Below, piece after piece: positions 1 to 8,316 of a stretch of 57,504 nt of DNA. Source of the DNA: a virus (Duplodnaviria; Caudoviricetes); IMG/VR virus record IMGVR_UViG_3300027822_000014, positions 1 to 57,504 of that record; one strand, 5' to 3'. The notes under the pieces are model-generated. The model was not told where the DNA came from. It searched no databases and saw nothing but the letters and a program-made list of their open reading frames with translations. Each line of letters begins with the position of its first letter. Within the stretch, counting starts at the first letter, position 1. The translations under genes were made by a program, and so were the position numbers.

Positions 1-134
1 GTGTCGGGCTGGCCAGCGGTGATCACCCAGGCCACATATAGTGAAACCGACGGCCAAACAGCCAGACGGTGACGTACAGCCGGAACCCCTGCCCGCGCGT
101 GATCAGATGAGCCCGCCCAGGCAGGGTGCAATTC
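1..134. repeat. Terminal direct repeat, left copy (assembly circularity overlap)
   Basis: 1-134 is identical to 57371-57504 except one base (127 T vs 57497 G). It cuts through early hairpin element E6. Confidence 0.95.
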
Positions 135-435
135 AATCGCATTCGGTGTGGAACCGCTGCGACACGTCCAGCTTGGTCAAGCGCCCTTCGCATTCCTGCT
201 CCACCAGCTTGGCCTTGAACTGGCGGAACCCGTTGTTGCTAACGCCTTCAGAGCGGTAGATCAGGAACCGGGCGAACTGTGACGGACGGCAGGTGATCTC
301 CGCACAGTTGAACCAGAGCTTATCGGCTTCGTGGTGTTTCAGCTTGAAGGCTCGCATGGCCGCGTCCATAGCGGCCCGCTTGTTGCTGTCGCAATCGGTG
401 AACTTGAATTTTACACGGTCACGTGACTGTGGCAT
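133..435 (-). CDS. Early hypothetical protein (100 aa, MPQSRDRV...)
   Basis: Start moved to the ATG at 435, which follows a strong AGAGGAGAGAGAC RBS. The longer ORF-track start runs through hairpin E1. Confidence 0.75.
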   Translation of the reverse strand: MPQSRDRVKFKFTDCDSNKRAAMDAAMRAFKLKHHEADKLWFNCAEITCRPSQFARFLIYRSEGVSNNGFRQFKAKLVEQECEGRLTKLDVSQRFHTECD

Positions 436-453
436 GTCTCTCTCCTCTTGTTG

Positions 454-526
454 TCGTGCAGGTGCGCACGGTAGGGCCGCGCCGGACGGTCTAGACCGTG
501 CTCGGCGCGACCCAGCGGTGTGCACC
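454..526 (-). ncRNA. Early structured element E1
   Basis: GGUGCACAC-CGCU-[stem-loop]-UACC-GUGCGCACC-UGCACGA, then RBS. Same architecture as E2-E7. Confidence 0.75.
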
Positions 527-535
527 TAGTCCAGG

Positions 536-1600
536 TTAGGCAGCTTCAGCGAACGCGTGCCACTGTGAGCGGTCCAGCTCCAGGATTTTACCGCCCAGCT
601 CTTCAAGCTCGGTTGACCGGTCATAGCTCTCAACCGTCTGGGCCGTGGCCGTGACGGCGTTCAACAGCCCGTAGCGTGTCAGGTCACCGTTTTCGATGAG
701 TGACGTCAGCACGCCGTTTTTCTCGGTCTCATTGAGCTGGTGCGATTTGGCCAGCACCTCGACAGCTTCCACCGGGCGCACGATCTTTTCACCCTCGGCA
801 GCTTCGCGGAACTTGTTGACCTGCTGATCAAAGAACGCTTGCTCCAGCGACGCCTTCACAACGTCGCGCATCTTGAGCATGATCGCATTGTCATCGGCCC
901 GCAGGGTTTCGTCCGACAGCATCGCGTAAACGCTCTCTGACGTGTCAGCCTGTGCGCCGACATGAGCCTTGCGGAACTTGGCGTCATTGATCACGCAACC
1001 GTTCAGGCACCAGAGACGATGCACGATCGGTGTCACGCATGCCGCGCCAAAACCGATTTCGGAATTGGTGATCATCACGCCAGCCTCGACAACATCATCC
1101 TTGCGCACATCAGCCCGCAACCGCTCATTGACTGCCTTGATGTACAGCCGCCGCTCGGTCACCTCGCAAGAGGCGATAGCAATGCCCGGCGTGTTCATCA
1201 GGACCGGCAGAATGGCCTCGGCAATGTGTTCGTTGTCAATCCGCTGGTAGCGGTCAGACAGGAATGCACGCGCCTTGCCGTCCAGGGTGCGCACCATGCG
1301 CCGCTCGGCGTTGTTCTCAAACCAGTGATTGACGTTGGTTGCGAGCAACTCCGGCGCGGTCTCGCGCATGCGGTCATAATACGCCGCCGGGATATTGGTG
1401 CGCTGGCCAATCTGGCGGTGTGCAGTCTGCTGGATAGGAAACGTCTGCACCTCACCGGCCACCGGCACCACAAGAGCGGGCGCGGCGTCTGCCGTGGCAC
1501 GCATCTGCAGTTGCTGGGTGTCTGCAACGAAGTCCGCTTTCGCGTCCTGACGGCGCTGGATTTCGTTAGCCAGTTCAACAATCGTTTTTCCATGCTTCAT
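536..1600 (-). CDS. DUF932-like phage protein (354 aa)
   Basis: ARAFLSDRY..IDN, ITNSEIG, RLWCLNG and GLLNAVT motifs are typical of this family. AGAGGAGAG RBS. Confidence 0.75.
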   Translation of the reverse strand: MKHGKTIVELANEIQRRQDAKADFVADTQQLQMRATADAAPALVVPVAGEVQTFPIQQTAHRQIGQRTNIPAAYYDRMRETAPELLATNVNHWFENNAERRMVRTLDGKARAFLSDRYQRIDNEHIAEAILPVLMNTPGIAIASCEVTERRLYIKAVNERLRADVRKDDVVEAGVMITNSEIGFGAACVTPIVHRLWCLNGCVINDAKFRKAHVGAQADTSESVYAMLSDETLRADDNAIMLKMRDVVKASLEQAFFDQQVNKFREAAEGEKIVRPVEAVEVLAKSHQLNETEKNGVLTSLIENGDLTRYGLLNAVTATAQTVESYDRSTELEELGGKILELDRSQWHAFAEAA

Positions 1601-1624
1601 ATGTCTTACTCTCCTCTAGGGTTA

Positions 1625-1679
1625 TCGTGCGGTGTGCACGGTAGGACCGCACCCAGGGTGCGGCCCAGCGGTGAACACC
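1625..1679 (-). ncRNA. Early structured element E2
   Basis: GGUGUUCAC-CGCU-GGGCCGCACC(CUG)GGUGCGGUCC-UACC-GUGCACACC-GCACGA. It begins within the upstream TAG stop. Confidence 0.75.
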
Positions 1680-1903
1680 TAAGCAAACCAGACAAAGCCA
1701 TTAAAGCGCGGTTCATTGTTGCCGCTGGTGCGCTGGTACGGCGTGTACCGGGCAACACCCCAGCTTGCAGGCTTGTTGCCTTCGTACCATGAATGCGGCA
1801 TGACCTTGTACGTCGCGTCCGCAGGTTCATCACGGTTGCAATGCCCCGCCTTGACGTTGCGCATTGCCTGCCGTGCTTCGTCTCTGGTCTTAAACCCGTA
1901 CAT
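1679..1903 (-). CDS. Early hypothetical protein (74 aa)
   Basis: AGAGGAGAGAAAA RBS. Overlaps the end of the upstream gene, and its stop abuts E2. Confidence 0.7.
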   Translation of the reverse strand: MYGFKTRDEARQAMRNVKAGHCNRDEPADATYKVMPHSWYEGNKPASWGVARYTPYQRTSGNNEPRFNGFVWFA

Positions 1904-2579
1904 TTTTCTCTCCTCTTGTGACTGCCGTCACCTTCAGACGCTGTGATCCGTGCGCCGGGAACCCGACAACCGTCTCGCGCTGGCGCTGGCAAAGCTGGCA
2001 CGTGGCACAGCTCACATCGTCACGCGTGACCGCCGGGCAGATGACGATTGTCCGACCTGCCGGTGTTTCGCTGTTGGTCGTCTGGTCAGACGGCAGCACA
2101 GTGACAACCGGCCCGATCTCCAGCGCGGCCAGCTCGTCAGCGTGCGCGGGCGAGTTGGCAGACAGATTAATGGTGAACCCGTCACGGTTCGCCCTAGCGA
2201 TGGCGTCACGCTCGCGCTGTGTGGTCAGAGGCTTGTGCGTGTAGGTGAACCCGCGCGAGCGGCCATTGGCACTCGTCAGCTCGTCAACACACATCACGCC
2301 CAGGTTATCGCCAGTGCCGGGCAGGTCACCTGCCTGATTATGCCGCCAGAGCTGGCCAGCCGGCAGCGCGCGCACCTTGGCCACGAACGTCTGCCAGTCA
2401 CTGCCGACATTCGGCTGTTTCATCATCCGGCCCCACCACAGCGACAGCGGCCCGCCTTGCGCATAGCACCCGGCGTCCAGAAACGGGCAGGACGTCGGGC
2501 AGGTGTCGCGGTGGCTGGTGCTGACCGGTATCGGGCCGACCTTGCGGTTACGTGACACGGGTGTCAGGTGGTACTTCAT
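1890..2579 (-). CDS. Cys-rich conserved phage protein (gp88/DUF7227-like, possible Fe-S protein)
   Basis: N-K-x-GPIP, TCPxSCPF...CYAxxG, RHNQAGD, FTYTH and CATCQLC...GFPAHG motifs. Confidence 0.65.
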   Translation of the reverse strand: MKYHLTPVSRNRKVGPIPVSTSHRDTCPTSCPFLDAGCYAQGGPLSLWWGRMMKQPNVGSDWQTFVAKVRALPAGQLWRHNQAGDLPGTGDNLGVMCVDELTSANGRSRGFTYTHKPLTTQRERDAIARANRDGFTINLSANSPAHADELAALEIGPVVTVLPSDQTTNSETPAGRTIVICPAVTRDDVSCATCQLCQRQRETVVGFPAHGSQRLKVTAVTRGEKNVRV

Positions 2580-2752
2580 ACAGCCTCACAATCCAGCGCG
2601 TGACGCTGTGCATGGTGAAACTGCACCATTGCCGCGTCTATCTCGCCCAGTGCAAAGGTCTTGACGTCAAGCCCGTATCGCACATGCAATTGAAAGCTGG
2701 TCTTGATCAGCGCGACATCATTAACGGTGTCGTGCGCCAGAAACTGCAACAT
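2576..2752 (-). CDS. Early hypothetical protein (58 aa, MLQFLAHD...)
   Basis: AGAGGAGAGAACCAC-ATG at 2752. ATGA overlap with the next gene. Confidence 0.7.
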   Translation of the reverse strand: MLQFLAHDTVNDVALIKTSFQLHVRYGLDVKTFALGEIDAAMVQFHHAQRHALDCEAV

Positions 2753-2769
2753 GTGGTTCTCTCCTCTTG

Positions 2770-2832
2770 TCATGCGGGATTGCATGGTAGGGCCGCACCC
2801 AGGATGGCAGGGTGCGGCCCAGCGATGCAATC
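2770..2832 (-). ncRNA. Early structured element E3
   Basis: GAUUGCAU-CGCU-GGGCCGCACCC...GGGUGCGGCCC-UACC-AUGCAAUC-CCGCAUGA, then RBS. Confidence 0.75.
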
Positions 2833-2837
2833 GCGGT

Positions 2838-3239
2838 CTAGTCGTCCGCTTCGTCAGTCTCGGCGCTGTTCAGGTATCCGCCGAATGCCTTCCACGTGAA
2901 ATCGCGGCAATCGATCACGCACACCCCGGCGTCGCCGTGGCTTTCGCTGGCCAGCACGCTGGCCGCTGCCTTGCTGGTCGGGTCCGCTGTGATCTGCAGG
3001 ACTGCAGCTTGCAGGTCGGCGTCCGCATTCCAGATACCCAGCGAAAGATTGCCGCTGATCTGTTCATGCGCAAGGCCAACGAAGCGAGCGGCGGCATACT
3101 GCACATCGCCCTTGCGGTCGGCCATCAGCTTTTCGTGTGCTGCCGCGAGCTGCGGCACCTCGCTGCCTGACCAATGCAGGTAAATCACCGGTGAAACGGT
3201 GGTGTCATCGTGAAAAATTACAAGTGCGCGGTCACCCAT
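2838..3239 (-). CDS. Early hypothetical protein (133 aa, MGDRA...IYLHWSG family)
   Basis: Strong RBS. The MGxRA...YxHW N-terminus recurs in phage early proteins. Confidence 0.75.
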   Translation of the reverse strand: MGDRALVIFHDDTTVSPVIYLHWSGSEVPQLAAAHEKLMADRKGDVQYAAARFVGLAHEQISGNLSLGIWNADADLQAAVLQITADPTSKAAASVLASESHGDAGVCVIDCRDFTWKAFGGYLNSAETDEADD

Positions 3240-3257
3240 GGGTGTCTCTCCTCTAGT

Positions 3258-3313
3258 TCATGCAGGATTGCATGGTAGGCCAGCCGGTTGCCCGGCTGGC
3301 CAGCGATGCAATC
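3258..3313 (-). ncRNA. Early structured element E4
   Basis: GAUUGCAU-CGCU-GGCCAGCCGG(GCAA)CCGGCUGGCC-UACC-AUGCAAUC-CUGCAUGA, with a GNRA tetraloop. Confidence 0.8.
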
Positions 3314-3491
3314 AGCAGGAATAGATTGACGGATCGACGCAGCGGCAGAACCGCACGGCGTTCAGGTCCACACATTCAAAATGCACCCGGAAGGCGTCCA
3401 GCGCCTCGCGGTCACTGTCGCTGATCTGCTCGGCGCGGTGTGCATCTTCCAGCGCTGCCCATTCGATCAATTCAGCTTGCAAGTCAAACAT
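3312..3491 (-). CDS. Early hypothetical protein (59 aa, MFDLQAELIEW...), not in ORF track
   Basis: Manually translated. AGAGGAGAGAGAACG-ATG, and the ORF exactly fills the gap between E5 and E4. Confidence 0.7.
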   Translation of the reverse strand: MFDLQAELIEWAALEDAHRAEQISDSDREALDAFRVHFECVDLNAVRFCRCVDPSIYSC

Positions 3492-3509
3492 CGTTCTCTC
3501 TCCTCTAGG

Positions 3510-3570
3510 TCATGCGGGGTTGCATGGTAGGCCAGCGCGCCGTTGCCGGGCGCTGTCCAGCGATGCAATC
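3510..3570 (-). ncRNA. Early structured element E5
   Basis: GAUUGCAU-CGCU-GGACAGCGC..CG(GCAA)CG..GCGCUGGCC-UACC-AUGCAACC-CCGCAUGA. It overlaps the upstream TGA stop. Confidence 0.75.
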
Positions 3571-4252
3571 AAGCGGTGGCCATTGGCGAGCTGCCAACGG
3601 GCGGGAAGTCATAGACGGCGTTCAATGCAGCGCCACCCCATTGCCGTGCCATGGCAGCGGCCATGCCGGGGAAAAAGCGGCTACGCTCGGTTGCACGGTT
3701 CGCGCCGGGCGCTGCCTTGTGGACGCTGTCGCGGGCCGTGGTGCCGTCAAGCTGGCCGGTGGCTGTCAGTTTGGGCAGGTTCTTCAGCCAGAAGCATGTG
3801 CGCTTTTTCTCATTGTCGGCGCTGTCTTCAGACTGGGCGAATTGCCACGGCTGAACGGACTGGGCAAACGGCTGATAGTTGGTGATGCGGGCTTTTGCAT
3901 ACTTGTGCATCACCGGGTTCTCGACAGCGATGCGCGGCACGTCTGCATTCCAGCACGCGGAGAACAACGCAGCGCCTTCGTCAAGGTCGGCCCACATCTC
4001 GCCAAGGGTGCGGCCCGGTGGTGCTTTCTTCAGCCAGCGCACGCCGGAATTGCACAGCCGCGTGCAGGGCGGATGCATGACGGCGAGCAAGTCCCATTGG
4101 CTGAAGGCGAGCACGTTGCGCACATCGTCTTGAATGTGCCGGTTGCTTGGTGTCTCGGATGGTTTCAGGTCGCATGACCACGCGTCATGGCCAAGTGCCA
4201 GAAACGCGTCGCGGACCGTGCCGCTACATTCGCATGCTATCAGGACTTTCAC
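3569..4252 (-). CDS. DNA cytosine-5 methyltransferase-like protein
   Basis: VLIACECSG (SAM-binding-like), DAWSCD, catalytic HPPCT, AVENPV and KKRTCFWLKNLP motifs. First gene after the early promoter. Confidence 0.7.
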   Translation of the reverse strand: MKVLIACECSGTVRDAFLALGHDAWSCDLKPSETPSNRHIQDDVRNVLAFSQWDLLAVMHPPCTRLCNSGVRWLKKAPPGRTLGEMWADLDEGAALFSACWNADVPRIAVENPVMHKYAKARITNYQPFAQSVQPWQFAQSEDSADNEKKRTCFWLKNLPKLTATGQLDGTTARDSVHKAAPGANRATERSRFFPGMAAAMARQWGGAALNAVYDFPPVGSSPMATA

Positions 4253-4332
4253 GGTTGTCTCTCCTCTAGGTGCACCAGATGGTGCGATACGGTATCAAAT
4301 CGGCATGTGCACGGCATGTGCGCCGTGTGCAC

Positions 4333-4362
4333 ATTATATGCACAAATGCATGTAAAGTGCAA
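4333..4362 (-). promoter_or_regulatory. Sigma70-type early promoter
   Basis: TTGCAC-N18-TATAAT on the - strand, upstream of the early operon. Confidence 0.65.
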
Positions 4363-4610
4363 GAAAAAACGCACGAAGCTATAAGTTGTTGATATTGCTG
4401 GGCTTTTATCCAGGGTGGCAAAATGTGAGCGATGGCGTGATTTCGGGTCCGAAAATGGCCGTTTGCTGTGAGCGTGATTACGGCAGGAATGTGACGAAGT
4501 GTAACGGGTGCCAGTTGTGCACGTCTGGGTTGTGCTAGGTCGCACGGATCGTGCAATCTGGCAAAATACATATTCAGTTGTCGGCATGTATAATATGGCT
4601 AAAAAGTGTT

Positions 4611-4812
4611 GGCTCACACCCTGGGTGCCAGAATGTTCAATGATTTCAGTAAAAATAAGGGTGTGAGCTGTGAGCACTGTTCCAAAAAGTTTGACAAAAT
4701 CCGAAAGGGGGGTTCAGGAATTACTAAATAGTTTTGAACCATGGCTCACAGCTCACACCCCTCACACCCTGTTCGGGTAGCGTCACCGTTTGCGGCACTG
4801 ATATTGTGTGAG
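4611..4812. repeat. CTCACA(CCC) iteron-like repeats with a perfect 17-bp inverted repeat (putative origin or packaging site)
   Basis: GGGTGTGAGCTGTGAGC (4659-4675) and GCTCACAGCTCACACCC (4744-4760) flank an AT-rich spacer. Extra copies at 4611-4621, 4761-4769 and ~4806. Confidence 0.65.
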
Positions 4813-5247
4813 TTAACCACATTCCCGTTAACGTGGCGTACGCGCAAAATCGCGCCGGTTTCTGGTCGCCGTGTGGCACGTGGCTAGTTTGCACGGATTT
4901 TGCAATGTAGCAAAACGGTACTCCAATACCACATGACTTGCACGCCGCACGGCGACGCTGTAGGCTCGCGCACGTGGCATATTCCACTGCAGAGCGTGTT
5001 TATCGACGCAACGTGATCATTACGGCCATCGCGGCGGACCTGACGGCCAGCAACACCACGTTTGCGCGCGCCCGGCGCGCGCGCCACTAGGAAAAACGTG
5101 CGAAGCTCCATACAGAAAACCATATATAGCGGTGCCCCCTTTTAGAAAGTTCAGTGCCCATTGACCCACACAACAAATACGGATCAAAATCGAAAATAAC
5201 AGCTTCCAGTTGCACTGTCGGTGCATCTTAATTTTTTCCAAACAGAT

Positions 5248-5276
5248 TTGACATTTTAAGCTTTAAGATGCACGTT
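5248..5276 (+). promoter_or_regulatory. Possible promoter for the packaging operon
   Basis: TTGACA-N17-CACGTT (weak -10) just upstream of terS. Confidence 0.35.
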
Positions 5277-5299
5277 TCGTGCAAAGTAGGATTCAGCTC

Positions 5300-6319
5300 A
5301 TGACCCAGGCCCCGAGCCCGAATAATTTTTTGAAATCAGCCGGCACCCCAAAACCCCCGCGGGGCAAACGGGCCAAGGCCCCGCCGCCCGAAATTGACGA
5401 CGAGCAAGTCGAAGAAGACGGCGATGATGGTGAGCCAAAAACTGCCATCCAGCGCATGCGCGAGTTCATGCACGAGCAAAGCTCCGACATCACACGTTTC
5501 TGGGATGCGCGCTCGAGTTATGGTGACGCACCGTTTTTTGCCCTGCCTGACCAGCTGTGGGAGGCCTCTCGCGAGTACTTCGCTTGGTGTGAAGAGCACC
5601 CGCTGTGGGAGGCGAAAGTCGTCAGCTACAAGGGCGATGCCAGCATTGTGCCGCTGAAGAAGATGCGCGCGATGACCATGACCAGCCTGCTGAATTTCCT
5701 CGATATCTCGGCAGATACGTGGGAAGGCCTGCGAAAAAAGCCCGAATTTCTGCCAACCGTCACCCGCGTGGAGAGTGTTATCCATGACCAGAAGTTGCAG
5801 GGTGGCCTGGCTGATCTGCTGAATGCGAACGTGGTGGTCCGTGATTTGAAGCTGAAGGACCACAGCGAAGTCAGCAACACGGGCGTCGTGCCAATGAGCG
5901 GCACTGACGTCACCACCCTCGAGCTGGCGAAAGCCGTAGCCCTGCTGCTGACTAAGGGCGTCTCAGTGCTCGACATACCGGCACACCCGTCGGATAACGC
6001 AAAGGATGTGACACACCATGCCCAGGATGAAAACGAAAGTAAGCAACCGAAACCGCAGACAACTGCCGAAAAAGAGGAACAAGAACCGCCTCGGCAAACA
6101 GAAGCAGGGCCTCGTGCACTCGAGGGCGAAGTCGGAAACCCCGGCCAAGGGCAAGACAGCGCAGGCCAGAGCGGCGATGGCGAACCAGCCACAAAAAGAC
6201 CCGGACGATCTAAGGCCCGGCGGATCGCTGGACCCGGCGAAGAACCCGATCCCACAGACAAATACGGACCCGGGGCTTCAAGAAAACTCTCTGAACACGG
6301 CACAGACGGGAAACTCTGA
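5300..6319 (+). CDS. terS: Terminase small subunit (P22 gp3-like) with a long disordered C-terminal extension
   Basis: LWEASREYFAWCEEHPLWE...KMRAMTMTSLLNFLDIS..TW...LLNANVVVRDL matches the P22-type packaging protein. Lies directly upstream of TerL. Confidence 0.8.
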   Translation: MTQAPSPNNFLKSAGTPKPPRGKRAKAPPPEIDDEQVEEDGDDGEPKTAIQRMREFMHEQSSDITRFWDARSSYGDAPFFALPDQLWEASREYFAWCEEHPLWEAKVVSYKGDASIVPLKKMRAMTMTSLLNFLDISADTWEGLRKKPEFLPTVTRVESVIHDQKLQGGLADLLNANVVVRDLKLKDHSEVSNTGVVPMSGTDVTTLELAKAVALLLTKGVSVLDIPAHPSDNAKDVTHHAQDENESKQPKPQTTAEKEEQEPPRQTEAGPRALEGEVGNPGQGQDSAGQSGDGEPATKRPGRSKARRIAGPGEEPDPTDKYGPGASRKLSEHGTDGKL

Positions 6320-6614
6320 TGACGATCGACCCGGACAAGCGCCGGCAGGCCAGAGCGGAACGCAGGCAGACGAAGGCGCAGCCAACCCGGCGCACCTCCA
6401 CCCACGCTTCAGAGGCGTTGACGCTGGAGCCGATGCGGAATCTGGCAGCGACGGTGACGGGGCCGGAACCGATAACACCGGAACCGTTCTCGCCAACGCA
6501 GACCGAGGCCCTGACAGCGGGCCAGACAGCCTTGCCGGAGACGCCGAAAGCGACGGAGATACCGCCGACGCCGATGGCGCAACTGCCGCAGCAGATACCA
6601 CTCGACTTAGGTGA
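6018..6614 (+). CDS. Possible overprinted gene (198 aa, basic N-terminus, acidic C-terminus) across the terS/terL junction
   Basis: Open alternative frame with AAGGA upstream. It ends where the conserved TerL domain begins. Confidence 0.4.
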   Translation: MPRMKTKVSNRNRRQLPKKRNKNRLGKQKQGLVHSRAKSETPAKGKTAQARAAMANQPQKDPDDLRPGGSLDPAKNPIPQTNTDPGLQENSLNTAQTGNSDDDRPGQAPAGQSGTQADEGAANPAHLHPRFRGVDAGADAESGSDGDGAGTDNTGTVLANADRGPDSGPDSLAGDAESDGDTADADGATAAADTTRLR

Positions 6615-8316
6615 TCTGACGAAGGTCATCGACGCGCTCAGCGCCGATGACCGCACTGCGCTGGTCCAGATGACCCAACAGATTCTGGCCCAGCCGTTTA
6701 TCTCCTCTGTGGGGCCGCAAACCAATGCGCTCCACTCGGAGGCAGACTTGCTGCTGTACGGTGGGGCTGCCGGCGGCGGCAAGTCAGCTCTCGAGGTCGG
6801 GTGCATGGCGCTCGAGCACCGCGAGGGCATCGTTTTCAGGCGTGAGGCGACGCAGCTCGACGGCCTGATCGAGTTCAGCCACGAGGTGCTGGGCGAGATC
6901 GGCGACTACAACAAGGTCGAGAAGCTGTGGGTGTTTGAACGCCCAGGCCAACCCACCCCGGACAAGCCGGACCCGAAGCCAGAGCGCTGCAGGCTGAAAT
7001 TTGCAGGCCTGCCGCAGGAGCTGGACTGGCGAAAGCACGCCGGTGTGGCCCGCGATTACATGGCATTCGACGAGGCCGGTGAGTTTACCCGCTCACAGGT
7101 GTTCAGCCTGCTCGCATGGCTCAGAACTACCACTGAAGGACAGCGCACCCGCGTCATTCTGGGCTCGAACCCGCCACGTGGTGGCGAGGGCGAGTGGATG
7201 ATGCAGGAGTTTGCGCCATGGTTGCAGCCGAAACACCCGTTTGCCGCCGCTCCGGGCGAGTTGAGGTGGGCGATCGTGGTCGGAAACGAGACCGAGTGGG
7301 TTGACGGGCCGGGCGTGTACGTCAGGAATGGTGAGGAATATGAAGCACTTAGCAGGACGTTCATCAAAGCCCAGCTCGACGATAATCCCTATCTACGAAA
7401 CACTCAGTATCGAGCACAGCTTCAATCGCTCCCGGAACCGCTACGATCTCAGCTTTTGTATGGCTCCTTCACGGCGGGTCGTGATGATCACGAATGGCAG
7501 GTCATCCCCAGCCACTGGATTACCCAGGCGCAGGAGCGCTGGGTGGACCGGCCCGAGGCTGGAAAACTCATGACCGCGACCGCAGCCGACATGGTGCAGG
7601 GCGGCAACGACAAGTTTCAGGTGCAGTCGAGATACGATGACTGGTTCTCGCGCTTCCTGTCGAAGAAAGGCCAGGAGATACCGGATGGGCCAACCGCGGC
7701 TGCCGAGATCGTCAAGGTCATGCGCGATCGCTGCAGGGTTGTGCTCGATGCCGGTGGCGGTTACGCTGGCGACGCACTGACACAACTAGCGCACGCTGAT
7801 ATTGACTGTTTCGCCTTTGATGGGTCACGGAGTGCATCGGGAAAATCACGCGATGGGTTGTTCACGTTTCGTAATTTCAGGGCTCAGGCCGTATGGTTGC
7901 TGCGCGAAGCGCTCGACCCGGCATTCAACTCTACGATTATGCTGCCGCCAGACCCGGAACTCTATGCGGACCTTACTGCGTATCGCTACGAGGTCAAAGG
8001 CACCCGGAAAGCCGGTGGCGAGATCACGGTGGGGCCGAAGGAAGAGATGAGGGAACGGTTGGGGCGGTCGCCTGACAAGGGCGACACCACGATCATGCTT
8101 CACGTGAGCCACTCGGGTGTGCTAAAGAGGCCGAAGGCCGCACAGGACCGCCAGTCGCGGAAACCGACGCAGCTCAAGGCGATAACATCGTCGAAGACGA
8201 AGATGGACCCCCGCGGTAAGAGGCGGAAAAAGTTCAAACGGAAGGATCACGATCATGTCGAAACTGTTCGCCCCGGACATTCCAGAGCAGGAAGATCCCG
8301 CACCTCTCCCAGATGA
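6319..8316 (+). CDS. terL: Terminase large subunit (true start may be later, e.g. 6574)
   Basis: Walker A YGGAAGGGKS, Walker B MAFDEAGEF, coupling motif SNPP, and nuclease motifs AADMVQGGND and RSPDKGD. Confidence 0.95.
   Translation: MTIDPDKRRQARAERRQTKAQPTRRTSTHASEALTLEPMRNLAATVTGPEPITPEPFSPTQTEALTAGQTALPETPKATEIPPTPMAQLPQQIPLDLGDLTKVIDALSADDRTALVQMTQQILAQPFISSVGPQTNALHSEADLLLYGGAAGGGKSALEVGCMALEHREGIVFRREATQLDGLIEFSHEVLGEIGDYNKVEKLWVFERPGQPTPDKPDPKPERCRLKFAGLPQELDWRKHAGVARDYMAFDEAGEFTRSQVFSLLAWLRTTTEGQRTRVILGSNPPRGGEGEWMMQEFAPWLQPKHPFAAAPGELRWAIVVGNETEWVDGPGVYVRNGEEYEALSRTFIKAQLDDNPYLRNTQYRAQLQSLPEPLRSQLLYGSFTAGRDDHEWQVIPSHWITQAQERWVDRPEAGKLMTATAADMVQGGNDKFQVQSRYDDWFSRFLSKKGQEIPDGPTAAAEIVKVMRDRCRVVLDAGGGYAGDALTQLAHADIDCFAFDGSRSASGKSRDGLFTFRNFRAQAVWLLREALDPAFNSTIMLPPDPELYADLTAYRYEVKGTRKAGGEITVGPKEEMRERLGRSPDKGDTTIMLHVSHSGVLKRPKAAQDRQSRKPTQLKAITSSKTKMDPRGKRRKKFKRKDHDHVETVRPGHSRAGRSRTSPR

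Noticed and set aside
1-134. 134-bp terminal repeat as a biological DTR
   Set aside because: It falls mid-operon and splits element E6. It is more simply an assembler circularisation overlap.
3258-3313. Match of the elements to known ribozymes (hammerhead, twister, twister-sister, pistol, HDV-like)
   Set aside because: I could not find the catalytic core consensus of these classes by eye. An Rfam search is needed.
454-3570. Early repeats as a CRISPR array or as intrinsic terminators
   Set aside because: The 'spacers' are whole genes of 180-1100 bp, no cas operon is present, and the hairpins lack U-tracts and lead into RBSs.
4249-5241. ORFs called in the intergenic control region
   Set aside because: No RBS, atypical composition, and they overlap promoters and repeats.
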